Assembly: GCA_965223265.1 (NCBI GenBank) | Contig: OZ244999.1 | Location: 1,760,001 to 1,824,000 of the forward strand | DNA from: Planctomycetota bacterium | Lineage (GTDB): Bacteria; Planctomycetota; UBA8108; SXIK01 | Reading direction: 5' to 3' | Length of the DNA stretch: 64,000 nt | In this document: one piece after another, positions 19,740 to 28,744 of the stretch | Layout: each line of letters begins with the position of its first letter | Numbering within the stretch: position 1 is the first letter of the stretch | The notes under the pieces: model-generated | What the model was told of the DNA's origin: nothing | What the model saw: only the letters and a program-made list of their open reading frames with translations | Databases searched by the model: none | Translations under genes and position numbers: made by a program

Positions 19740-20534
19740 TCACGTCGTGGAGGGGTGTGTGATCGCAAAGCGGAGATCTTGATTGTCAACAGGTGTCTTC
19801 CAAGTGCTGCGGACCTCTGGAAACTCGAGCAAGCGAATTTCCAGTCGAGTGGCGATCCAGCCGAGCGACCAATCGAAGCTTGCGAGTCCGACTCGCTGCG
19901 CGCGCTGAGCGAGGATCTCCCAGTATTGTGACTCCGTCCGTCGCGCAGAGGGGGTCGCGAAGTCTGCAAGGTTGAGAAGTCCGGAGTCGAAGATCTCGTT
20001 GGCAACATCGATGGTGAACCCCATGCATCCGCCCTGGATGGATGTGCAACCGGCGGAGTTCTGAAGCGTTCCGAAGTGTGAGTTGCGTCTAGGTAGAAAC
20101 TTGAAGCGTCTATGCACCGCCGAGTCTGGGTCGAGTTTGAAGAGAAAATCCGTTGGTTCAAGTCGAAAGAGTTCGAACATTCTCGCAACCGCACGAGCAC
20201 CGTTCTCCACAGTGAAGACTCGATCCTCGGGGAAATACTCGACGTTGTACCGCGAGACGAAGGAGGCGTGTCGTGGATCGTCGTCGCCATCTGAGCGCAC
20301 GATGACTCTCGAGTCGGGAAAGCTGCTGCGTAGGCGGCGGAGACAAAGGTCGGCCGCCTCGTGGTCGCGGTAGAGCTGCAGATAGAACGTGATGTCGGAA
20401 TCACAGTAAGACGTGTTGTCGCAGTTTTCGTTCATGACCAGCAGAGCGCTGAGCAGCCGATTGACCTCACCTGGTGTTTTGACCCAGCGCGGCACACAGG
20501 CGTCCAATTCTCGGAGATTCCCTCTCGGCGTCAA
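19740..20534 (-). CDS. putative GT-A fold glycosyltransferase (start may be 20435)
   Basis: VIVRSDG, FLFKLDPDS (DxD) and IQGGCMGF motifs; located upstream of wzm. Confidence 0.55.
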   Translation of the reverse strand: MTPRGNLRELDACVPRWVKTPGEVNRLLSALLVMNENCDNTSYCDSDITFYLQLYRDHEAADLCLRRLRSSFPDSRVIVRSDGDDDPRHASFVSRYNVEYFPEDRVFTVENGARAVARMFELFRLEPTDFLFKLDPDSAVHRRFKFLPRRNSHFGTLQNSAGCTSIQGGCMGFTIDVANEIFDSGLLNLADFATPSARRTESQYWEILAQRAQRVGLASFDWSLGWIATRLEIRLLEFPEVRSTWKTPVDNQDLRFAITHPSTT

Positions 20535-20612
20535 TAGCGCTTTCGGCCAGCTGCGGCTGTGCTCGGTACCCCAATTTTACCGAAGATCTACGCTGAATGT
20601 CTCTCCGTCTAA

Positions 20613-20784
20613 CAGCCTGCCTGAAAAAGTCATTCGGCTGAGGAACCGGCCTCTTCACGCCCGGATCAGCCGCGGCGAGCCTCGCCGTGTATGTCTTGTA
20701 GAAGAGGGCTCGGAGCGTTTGCCGCGGCCGATCTGGACGCGAAGCGACCAGTTTTCAGCTCGAAGCATTTTTTCAGGTGGGCTG
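20613..20784 (+). mobile_element. MITE family A, diverged 172-bp copy
   Basis: Ends CAGCCTGCCTGAAAAA and TTTTTCAGGTGGGCTG; CTAA duplicated at 20609-20612 and 20785-20788; body homologous to the 159-bp copies. Confidence 0.85.
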
Positions 20785-20965
20785 CTAAGTGTCATTCACC
20801 GAGCTGTGGAGGCGCCTTGCGACGCTCTACCCTCCAAAGAGTGTCGCCACGGCGACGAAGTTCGGGCGGGTGACTTTTCGGGGTGGACTGCGTATCGTTG
20901 AGAGCGAGTTGGGCTGATGCTGCGGAGAAACGCCGACGCGGTAGCGATTCATAGAGGGAGAATTC

Positions 20966-22888
20966 ATGTGCGGAGTCGTAGGGTACCTCCTGACGTCAGA
21001 CAGGGTCGGCAACGTTGAGCCGCTCGTCGCCGCTCTGCGCGCGATGAAACATCGCGGTCCTGACGACGAGGGACTCACGCTGATCGACCCCCTCTCTGGG
21101 AGGGCGACAGACTTTATCGGTGATTCTTCGGCGTCTGGCGTCGCTGTCTCACAGCATGTCGGTGAGGCACGTGAGACGCGACATCGCCTGGCTTTGGGGC
21201 ATCGGCGGTTCTCCCTCGTCGACCTGGGACCGCTCGCCCACCAGCCATTCTGGACAGAGGATCGCTCCGTTTGTGTCGCGTTCAACGGTGAGATCTACAA
21301 CTACGTCGAGTTGCGCTCGGAGCTCGAAGGAGAAGGGTTTAGGTTTCGTACGACATCGGACACTGAAGTCCTTGCTGTCGCCTACCAAGCTTGGGGCGTC
21401 GATTGCTTCTCACGCTTCAACGGGTTTTGGGCTTTGACGCTCTATGACGCGAAGCGTCGAAGTTTGCTACTTGCTCGAGATCGTCTTGGTAAGGCTCCGC
21501 TCTATTTCACGTCTATAGGCGGTAATCTCTACTGGGCATCTGAGATCAAGGGGCTTGTTGCGCTCGTCGGTGGGTCGATGTTCACCGTCAGCGAGCAAGC
21601 TGTGATCGATTTCGTGACGTGGCGCCGCCGTGATCTATTTCACAAAACGTTCTACAACGAGATCGATTCGTTTCCTCGCGCCGCTTACGCGTGGGTGAAG
21701 CCCGACGGGAGTTTCGAAGCCGTGGAGTTTTGGCGCCTTCCCGAGCAGCGCCTGTCACCGCGCGCGATCTCGACGTTTGAGGCCAGTGAGCGGCTGCGCG
21801 AGCTCGTCACCGACGCGACCCGACTTCGTCTGCGCGCGGATGTTCCTGTCTCGGTGCAGGTCAGCGGTGGCATGGACTCGTCGAGCTTGCTGGCGATCGC
21901 TGCGGGAATCGCGCCAGGTGTCGCTGCCTACACGGTGACGTTTCCAGGAGCGGAGGTTGACGAGGAGCCATTCGCGCGAGCCGTGGCCGAGCGCTGCGGT
22001 GAGTCGGTTGAGTACCACGTCCTGGATCCACCGGCAGATGACCTCCTGCGCCGTGCCGACGAGTACGTCCATCTGATGGGAGAGCCGTTTCACTCGCCCA
22101 ACCAATTCACGAACCATCAGATTTGGTCGACGATGACGGCGCATGGGATCAGGGCGGTACTTTACGGCGCCGGCGGCGACGAGCTGTTTGCGGGGTATCG
22201 TGGGAGATACTTTCAACCCTACCTAAGCCATCTGCTGAAGTCCGGGCATCCTTTGCGTTGTCTGCGTGAGTTCTTCGCGTGCAGCGAGCTCCAACCGGGT
22301 GAGTTCGGATTCGACTATCTGCGGCGAGCTCGCCAACTGCTACGTCGACACCGTCTCTATCCCGTGCCAACCGAATTGGACCCGTTTCGAGCTCCGACAG
22401 AGGCGACGGCGCGCGCCGGACCGTCAAACGATATTCGCCAGTTGATGACTGACTTGATGACCGACTGGCAGATGAATTACTGGCTGCGCATTGACAATCA
22501 AAACAGCATGGGGGTGCCGCTCGAGTTGCGCCTTCCTTTGCTGGATTTTCGGGTCGTCGAGTTCGCGTTCGAGTTGCCGCTTGATTACCTCATGCGAGAC
22601 GGTTGGATGAAGTGGGTTCTACGGAACGCGATGGAAGACCTCCTTCCTCCCTCGGTCACGTGGCGTCGGAAAAAAGCAGGGTTTCCGTTTCCTCTGCGCA
22701 GCTGGCTTGAGCGCTATGAGGAGCGCCTTGCTGAATTGCTTGAGGGGCTTGATTGCCCATACATCGACATGAACGCGTGGCATCTTGGTTTTTCTGATTT
22801 GGCGCAGAGGAGCCCAGATCACCTTTGGTGTGTCACATCGCTTGGGCTTTGGTGGAAGCGATGTGTGCAGGGCGAGCAGCTCTGCTGA
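20966..22888 (+). CDS. asnB: asparagine synthetase B-family glutamine amidotransferase, probably sugar-amidating
   Basis: MCG catalytic Cys, HRGPDD, FNGEIYNY, ARDRLGKAPLY, SGGMDSS, GAGGDELFAGY and RRKKAGF. Confidence 0.92.
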   Translation: MCGVVGYLLTSDRVGNVEPLVAALRAMKHRGPDDEGLTLIDPLSGRATDFIGDSSASGVAVSQHVGEARETRHRLALGHRRFSLVDLGPLAHQPFWTEDRSVCVAFNGEIYNYVELRSELEGEGFRFRTTSDTEVLAVAYQAWGVDCFSRFNGFWALTLYDAKRRSLLLARDRLGKAPLYFTSIGGNLYWASEIKGLVALVGGSMFTVSEQAVIDFVTWRRRDLFHKTFYNEIDSFPRAAYAWVKPDGSFEAVEFWRLPEQRLSPRAISTFEASERLRELVTDATRLRLRADVPVSVQVSGGMDSSSLLAIAAGIAPGVAAYTVTFPGAEVDEEPFARAVAERCGESVEYHVLDPPADDLLRRADEYVHLMGEPFHSPNQFTNHQIWSTMTAHGIRAVLYGAGGDELFAGYRGRYFQPYLSHLLKSGHPLRCLREFFACSELQPGEFGFDYLRRARQLLRRHRLYPVPTELDPFRAPTEATARAGPSNDIRQLMTDLMTDWQMNYWLRIDNQNSMGVPLELRLPLLDFRVVEFAFELPLDYLMRDGWMKWVLRNAMEDLLPPSVTWRRKKAGFPFPLRSWLERYEERLAELLEGLDCPYIDMNAWHLGFSDLAQRSPDHLWCVTSLGLWWKRCVQGEQLC

Positions 22889-22934
22889 GCTTGATGAGAG
22901 CGCGTGCGAACGGTAGCGTTGAGATCGACCGGTC

Positions 22935-24161
22935 GTGAGTTCCCCTGGTCTGCTCCGAGAGAGTTCCAGCATGAGTTCCCCGAACATCCAGCGCTCTTCA
23001 CTTGAAACTCGACGTCGTCATGACGAAACGTTCGTCACCTTTGAGTACGAGGGGTTGCGCGTGCGCATGACGAGCCCAGTCGAGGCTCCTCTGGACTGGC
23101 TAAGGGAGTTTCTATCTCCTTTTTTTGACATCACCACTTCGAAGACAAATTCAGAGGTGACCTGGGACTACGAGGTGCGATTGGTGATCAGCCGCCAGCG
23201 CCATGAACAGTATGGGCGGCTCGGGGATCCGTGCGGCGAGGTCGACTGTTTTGCGGTCGACGCCCACGTGATTCGATTGCCGTGGTGGAGTCTGAGTCAC
23301 GCGCAGAGCGTTGTTTTCGACACGGCGGCACGTGTGTTTTACGTCCTTCACCCTGAAGAGTCGTTGATCGAGGTGGTGGCGGATGGCGACAGCATGCGCG
23401 TGCGCACACGAACAATGCGCGTGGTGCGTGAAGTTGCCATGCACCACGGAGTTTGTCGGGGTGGATTCTTCATCCACGCTTCGGCATTCGATGTTCATGG
23501 CCGAAGTGTGATGATCTCGGCTCCGACCAACGGCGGCAAGACGACTTTGTTGACGCATGCCCTCAGCCATCCCGAGACGCGATTTCTTTCGAACGATCGA
23601 GTCTTCGTCCGATTCGATGGTGATAGCGTCATCTTTCGGGGGATGCCTGCGGTCGTCTCCATGCGCGAAGGGATGCTAAATTTTTTCCCTGATCTACGTG
23701 ACAAAGTGAGGCAGAGTCGCTTCTTTTACTGCACTCGCGATGACGAATTGTTCGAGTGGATTCCAGACCGCCTGCGTCCCGACGATCGCGGGCGTTATCT
23801 GGTCGCGCCGCATCAGTTCTGTGCGCTGCTGGGGACTGCCGCCGTGGCTCAGGCGCGAGCTGCAGCCATCGTCTTCCCCCGAATCGTTGAAGGGTCCGAT
23901 GTTTTTCGTTTAACTCGAATCGATCCGGACGTGGCTTCGACCCTCCTGAGCGCGGCGTTGTTTCATACCAACGAGTGGCGTAAGAACAACGAGATTTTTT
24001 CGAGAGTCCGTCCGGACTGCGAACAACCGGCTATGGATGTGAGAGCCCTTGGTCGTCGCCTCGTGGCTCGAGTTCCATGCTATAGCTGCGATCTGAGTCG
24101 TGACGCCTACCGTCTCGACGGCGGCGCGAGCGATTTTGTGCGAGCGGTATTGGAGACGTGA
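22935..24161 (+). CDS. HPr-kinase-related P-loop kinase
   Basis: FFIHASA, Walker A SAPTNGGKTT and LSNDRVFV; paralog of the C-terminal domain of Wzt. Confidence 0.75.
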   Translation: MSSPGLLRESSSMSSPNIQRSSLETRRRHDETFVTFEYEGLRVRMTSPVEAPLDWLREFLSPFFDITTSKTNSEVTWDYEVRLVISRQRHEQYGRLGDPCGEVDCFAVDAHVIRLPWWSLSHAQSVVFDTAARVFYVLHPEESLIEVVADGDSMRVRTRTMRVVREVAMHHGVCRGGFFIHASAFDVHGRSVMISAPTNGGKTTLLTHALSHPETRFLSNDRVFVRFDGDSVIFRGMPAVVSMREGMLNFFPDLRDKVRQSRFFYCTRDDELFEWIPDRLRPDDRGRYLVAPHQFCALLGTAAVAQARAAAIVFPRIVEGSDVFRLTRIDPDVASTLLSAALFHTNEWRKNNEIFSRVRPDCEQPAMDVRALGRRLVARVPCYSCDLSRDAYRLDGGASDFVRAVLET

Positions 24162-25015
24162 AACAGTCGCAGGACGGTGATCCAAGAGGCTCCGAAGACA
24201 CCGGCGCACAGGTCCGGGAGAAGTCGATCTCCGCAATGCTTCGCGTCAAGGACGAAGGGCAGTTCCTCTATGCCGCGGTGCGCTCGGTGATCGATTGCGT
24301 CGACGAAGTCGTCTTGGTTGACAATATGAGCACCGACGAGACTCCACGGACCATAGAGCGGTTGGGTTCTGAGTTCCCAGGAAGAATTCGAAGCTACGCG
24401 TATCCATTCGAAATCCGGCGTGTCGGGCGAGAGCATTCTGAGCTCGCCACATCGACGGAAGGCACCAGCTCGCCACACCTCTCTTCAAATTACTACAATT
24501 GGTGCCTCGCGCGATGCTCGTGCGATTACACCTTGAAATGGGACGGCGACATGATCGCGCTGCCGACATTTCACGATGCCCTTGCGGCATGGCGTAAATC
24601 ACAGGACGAGGTGATGGTCGTGCACGGCGCGAACGTTCATCGAAATTTAAAAAACCTCATGCAGGCAAAGTCCGCTGAACGACAACCGTTTCTCGAGGCG
24701 TCGGACACTTCGAGCTTTCCTCTCTGGGCGCTCTCCCTCACCTATGACTACCCAGAACCGAGACTTTTTCCGCGGCGTGTTGCATCGTATGACTCGCACC
24801 TTGGTTGGACACAATGTCTCGACATACCCAAGGCTGTTGAACGCCTCGCTCACCGCGTCGAGAGTCCTTGCTTCTTACACATGAAGTTCTGCAAACGCGA
24901 TCCGTTTAGCAACTACACCAAGGAACTGGCCGCTGCGATCGCGGCCAATATCGATGTCGGTCCGCCTCTGCCAGAGGGGTGGAGGCAGATACTCGAGGAA
25001 TGGGGCATCGCCTGA
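24158..25015 (+). CDS. GT2-like glycosyltransferase (CgtA/PF06306-like)
   Basis: ISAMLRVKDE, LVDNMSTDET, YPF, NYYNWCL and LKWDGD motifs. Confidence 0.75.
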   Translation: MKQSQDGDPRGSEDTGAQVREKSISAMLRVKDEGQFLYAAVRSVIDCVDEVVLVDNMSTDETPRTIERLGSEFPGRIRSYAYPFEIRRVGREHSELATSTEGTSSPHLSSNYYNWCLARCSCDYTLKWDGDMIALPTFHDALAAWRKSQDEVMVVHGANVHRNLKNLMQAKSAERQPFLEASDTSSFPLWALSLTYDYPEPRLFPRRVASYDSHLGWTQCLDIPKAVERLAHRVESPCFLHMKFCKRDPFSNYTKELAAAIAANIDVGPPLPEGWRQILEEWGIA

Positions 25016-25041
25016 ACGCCTGCGATGAAGAGTGTTGGCGG

Positions 25042-27000
25042 CTATTTCGTGAAAGTGCCCCGGATCACGTCCCAGAGACGAGAGATGCTTCGCTCCATGG
25101 AATAGTTCTCCGAGACGTGTTCTCGTCCTCTCTTTCCCATCTGCTGCGCGAGCTGGGGATCTTTGATGAGCTTTGCCATGTGATTCGCCATGGAGCCGAC
25201 GTCTCTTTCGTCGACAAGGAATCCCGATTCTCCGTCAAGGACAGCTTCTTTGATGCCTGCGTGCCGGGTGGCGACGACTGGCACAGCACAGGCGCCTGCC
25301 TCAAGCACCGATACCGGAGTCCCCTCAGAGTTGCCGTCGAGCGCTGTAATCGAATGCTGCACAAACAGTCTCGCACCGCGAAGTGCGGTGATGATCTCTG
25401 GGTGTGCGGCTCGGCCACAGATCGTGACTTTGTCGGACACGTCGAGATGTTCGGCGAGCCTCACGAACGTCTCCATGATCGGGCCGTCGCCGAACATCGT
25501 CAGCGTCGCCTCGGGGCACGACTCGAGAAGGCGATGGAACGCGAGGAGCGTGAGGTAGGGCGCTTTCTTGTCCACGAAGCGGCCGATCGCGACGCAGCGA
25601 GCTGGATTCTCCGCGGGATTCGTGGCGCGGAATTGCGAGATATCAACACCGCACGAATTGACATGAACTTTCTCAGCTGGCGCTCCAAGACGGATGAGCT
25701 GCTCGCGCATCTCACTTGATACTGCTATGAACGCTGCCGCGGTTCGAAACAGATCCGCGTACTCTTCTCTGTGTGTCTCGAGGGTTGCGGCTGCGTACGC
25801 GTCGTAACCGTGGAAGTGTACGATCAGTGGAACATCTTCGGCGCAGCAGGCGTCTGCGACCGTGACAGCTACCGTTCCGAATTCCGCCAAAACGGCTTCG
25901 ACCTGTTCTCGTTTGAGGTAGCGGCGGAGCGCCCGAGTGCCGAACGCGCTTCGCCAGGCGAATTCCAGTGCTAAGGCGCGCCCGGCACGTTCGGCCATCG
26001 TGAGCAAGGGCAAACCCGTTTCCTCGGAGAGTCCATTGCGGCAGTTGACGACCTTGACTCGTGCGGGGAGCTCTTCGATGTGAGCGAGTACGAATGTTTG
26101 CGTATACTCAAACGGCACCGCTCTCGCCACGCAAATGACTGGTCGTCTCGTCGGTTCCGGCTGCGGATCGTCGAGCGATCGGGCTGTCGCGGTCTCGGGC
26201 TTTCGCGGAAGGTGGTGCTCCCACACAGACTGCTGGAGTCGCTTGAGTTGCTTGGCCCTCCCAGCCGTGATGAGATCGAACGCGCCCAGGCCCGCCAGCC
26301 AAGGTGGAGCCGAACCTGACATGAGGCGCGCACGGTAGGAAGTCGACAAACTGATTTCGTCGAGATTGTACGCCCATTTATCGCGCACAACGTGGTTGAT
26401 CTGGGCGTCGATCGGAGACCGACAATCGTCTGGGACCCAGAGCATGAGGACCCGGTCGGGGTGTTGTTGTGCGAACTCGTGAATTCGGTCTCCGTACAAT
26501 CGCCAGCGCTTGAAAGCTCCGTGCGCTCGCTGCAGCGGAGTCCAATTTGAAGTCTTGATCTTGACGCGTCGGAGAATCGACCACGCGACGGTGGCTGGGT
26601 CGCGCAGGACGAAAACCCAACGGGCATTAGGAAAGAGACGACTCCACGCCCGCAGGCGAAGGACGAGCCCCGGGTCTCTCAGACCCCAAGCGTTCTGCTC
26701 CCGTGACTTTTTCTGCAGAAGCTCAAGCAACTGACGTTCTTCGTCCGGGCTGAACTCGACATCTTCCGGCACTCGCGCGTGCAGCCACGTGTGTGCGTCT
26801 GAGATTCCGGTCCCCTTCTGAAGCCACTGGCTGACGTCCCTGTCCACAAATTGACCGCCGACTTCGTTGTGCCCGATCGGAGCCAAGTTGTCGCCGAAGC
26901 GCAGTCCAGCGTCGGAGAAAGCACGGGCCACGACAGACACGCCCGAGGCAGGCATGCCGGCAATGAGAAGTGGAGAGGCGTGCTCAACAGTCCGATTCAA
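25042..27000 (-). CDS. fusion of a sulfotransferase-like domain and a GT4 glycosyltransferase (WcaL-like)
   Basis: N-terminal IAGMPASGVS / WGLRDP / VLRDPATVAWS; C-terminal VHFHGYD, IGRFVDKK, EGTPVSVLEA and ATRHAGI. Confidence 0.85.
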   Translation of the reverse strand: MNRTVEHASPLLIAGMPASGVSVVARAFSDAGLRFGDNLAPIGHNEVGGQFVDRDVSQWLQKGTGISDAHTWLHARVPEDVEFSPDEERQLLELLQKKSREQNAWGLRDPGLVLRLRAWSRLFPNARWVFVLRDPATVAWSILRRVKIKTSNWTPLQRAHGAFKRWRLYGDRIHEFAQQHPDRVLMLWVPDDCRSPIDAQINHVVRDKWAYNLDEISLSTSYRARLMSGSAPPWLAGLGAFDLITAGRAKQLKRLQQSVWEHHLPRKPETATARSLDDPQPEPTRRPVICVARAVPFEYTQTFVLAHIEELPARVKVVNCRNGLSEETGLPLLTMAERAGRALALEFAWRSAFGTRALRRYLKREQVEAVLAEFGTVAVTVADACCAEDVPLIVHFHGYDAYAAATLETHREEYADLFRTAAAFIAVSSEMREQLIRLGAPAEKVHVNSCGVDISQFRATNPAENPARCVAIGRFVDKKAPYLTLLAFHRLLESCPEATLTMFGDGPIMETFVRLAEHLDVSDKVTICGRAAHPEIITALRGARLFVQHSITALDGNSEGTPVSVLEAGACAVPVVATRHAGIKEAVLDGESGFLVDERDVGSMANHMAKLIKDPQLAQQMGKRGREHVSENYSMERSISRLWDVIRGTFTK

Positions 27001-27284
27001 GATTTGTCCTCAAAGTGGCTGCAGAAAGGTTCGAGATTATTCCTCAACCTTACAGCTCGATCAAGCATGGTGAAGGAGGTTCGTCGACACTCAGCGGCGC
27101 TTGGCGGACGGTACGTTTGATGTCGACAAACTTCCGGACCGACCGGTAGAGGACTCACGGGAGCGAGTCGACGTTATGTCGCCTGTTGCCACCCTGTTCG
27201 ATTCTCGTTAGGATTCGAGGCCAGTTGGCGGAGAACGAGCGCGCGAGTCGGTTCTGCAGTTCGCTGAGCGCGGTGAGGTGTTTT

Positions 27285-28718
27285 GTGGCTCAGATCACCC
27301 TTTTGGCGATCGCATGCGTGATTGGTATTGCGGTTGCGTATGTGCCGTCCCTTCGTCGACGCGTCGCGGCGTTCTTCGCCGCGAAATCGCATCCGGTCAA
27401 CTTAGCGATCTTTCGCATCGCCTTCTTCTGGCGTTTCTATGAAAAAGTCGACCCGGATCTAACTGAAGTCTACAGCTCGTTCCCTGACGAGCTGAGAGTT
27501 CCGATCGCCGGACTCGGGCCCTTAAACACGCTGCTCCCGCTCTCGACTGAGCTGGCGACCGTGAGTTGCTTCCTGTTGCAGGTGGCGTGCGTGTTTGCTG
27601 CGGTCGGTTTCTTCTCGCGCGCCTCTGCGTTGGTTGCGACCGTCGTTGGATTCTACGTTTTGGGGGTGCCGCAGCTCTTTGGCAAAGTCAATCACGTCCA
27701 CTACTACGTGTGGTTTGCGGCCATCCTGGCTGCGAGCCGCTCGGGTGACGCGCTGTCGGTCGACGCGATTTTGTCACGCTGGCGACATCCGGAGCGATTT
27801 CCCCTTCGTGAATCAACGATCTATGGCCTGCCGATTCGTGTGGTGTGGTTGTTGATTGGGATCATCTACTTCTTTCCGGGATTCTGGAAGCTGTGGTCCG
27901 GCGGGTTGGAATGGGCGTTCTCCGAGAATCTTAAGTGGATGCTCTGGCGCAAGTGGATCGATGGGCTCGGCTGGCCTCCGCCGTTTCGGATCGACAACTA
28001 CCCTCTTCTCTACCAAGGCGCTGCTGCGGCGGTCATCGTCTTTGAACTCGCCTTTGTGTTCTTGCTCTTCTTTCCGCGTTTGCGCTTGATCGCGGTGGCT
28101 GGCGGGTTGGTTTTTCATCACATGACGCGCGTCTTGATGGCTATCTATTTCAAAACGCTTGTCTACTGTTACGTCGTATTCATTGATTGGTACGGCATCT
28201 ATTCATGGCTTCGACGACGTTTGTCGCGTCGGCAAGAACCTGCTTTTGCAGAGGACTCGCATTCGCCACCGTGCTCTCGGCTCCTCGTGATGGTGGCTTC
28301 TTTTTTCGTCTTCGGGAATATGTTGTTCGGCGCACTCCACCTGGCGCGCGCTTGGCCCCTCGCCTGCTTCCCGACGTTTTCCGCCCTGGCATCGCCGTCG
28401 CGTACGAGCCTCAGGGTCAAGCTGGACTTCGGTAGCGGTGAAACCGAGTTGCTGGCGAACCGCCAGTTCGGTCAGCATCTACCTATCGAACGATTCACTG
28501 TCCAGGTGCGCTACATCCTCACTCGGCCGGATGCTATGGAACGCGATCGGCTGCTCGAAGCGCTTTGGTCGGTTCTGCGCGAACGCGACCCGCGCTACTT
28601 TCGTGCTTCACGCATTGAGTTCTACGAAGTGGTCGAAACGACCTCTCCGGAGAGATGGGAAGAGAACCCATTGAGCGAGAAGCTCATTATGGAGGTTGAA
28701 TCGCCTCCACCTCCGTGA
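27285..28718 (+). CDS. HTTM / vitamin-K-dependent carboxylase-like polytopic membrane protein
   Basis: LAIFRI, FGKVNH, GDALSVD, IYFFPGFWKL, VFELAF and WPLACFPTF; GTG start with GAGGTG RBS. Confidence 0.75.
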   Translation: MAQITLLAIACVIGIAVAYVPSLRRRVAAFFAAKSHPVNLAIFRIAFFWRFYEKVDPDLTEVYSSFPDELRVPIAGLGPLNTLLPLSTELATVSCFLLQVACVFAAVGFFSRASALVATVVGFYVLGVPQLFGKVNHVHYYVWFAAILAASRSGDALSVDAILSRWRHPERFPLRESTIYGLPIRVVWLLIGIIYFFPGFWKLWSGGLEWAFSENLKWMLWRKWIDGLGWPPPFRIDNYPLLYQGAAAAVIVFELAFVFLLFFPRLRLIAVAGGLVFHHMTRVLMAIYFKTLVYCYVVFIDWYGIYSWLRRRLSRRQEPAFAEDSHSPPCSRLLVMVASFFVFGNMLFGALHLARAWPLACFPTFSALASPSRTSLRVKLDFGSGETELLANRQFGQHLPIERFTVQVRYILTRPDAMERDRLLEALWSVLRERDPRYFRASRIEFYEVVETTSPERWEENPLSEKLIMEVESPPPP

Positions 28719-28744
28719 CGCCGGTTGCCGCGCCCGTGACCTCG

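Noticed and set aside
15091-25015. lasso peptide biosynthetic cluster
   Set aside because: AsnB keeps the N-terminal glutaminase Cys, no RRE/B1, B2 peptidase or precursor is visible, and the transporter is Wzm/Wzt type.
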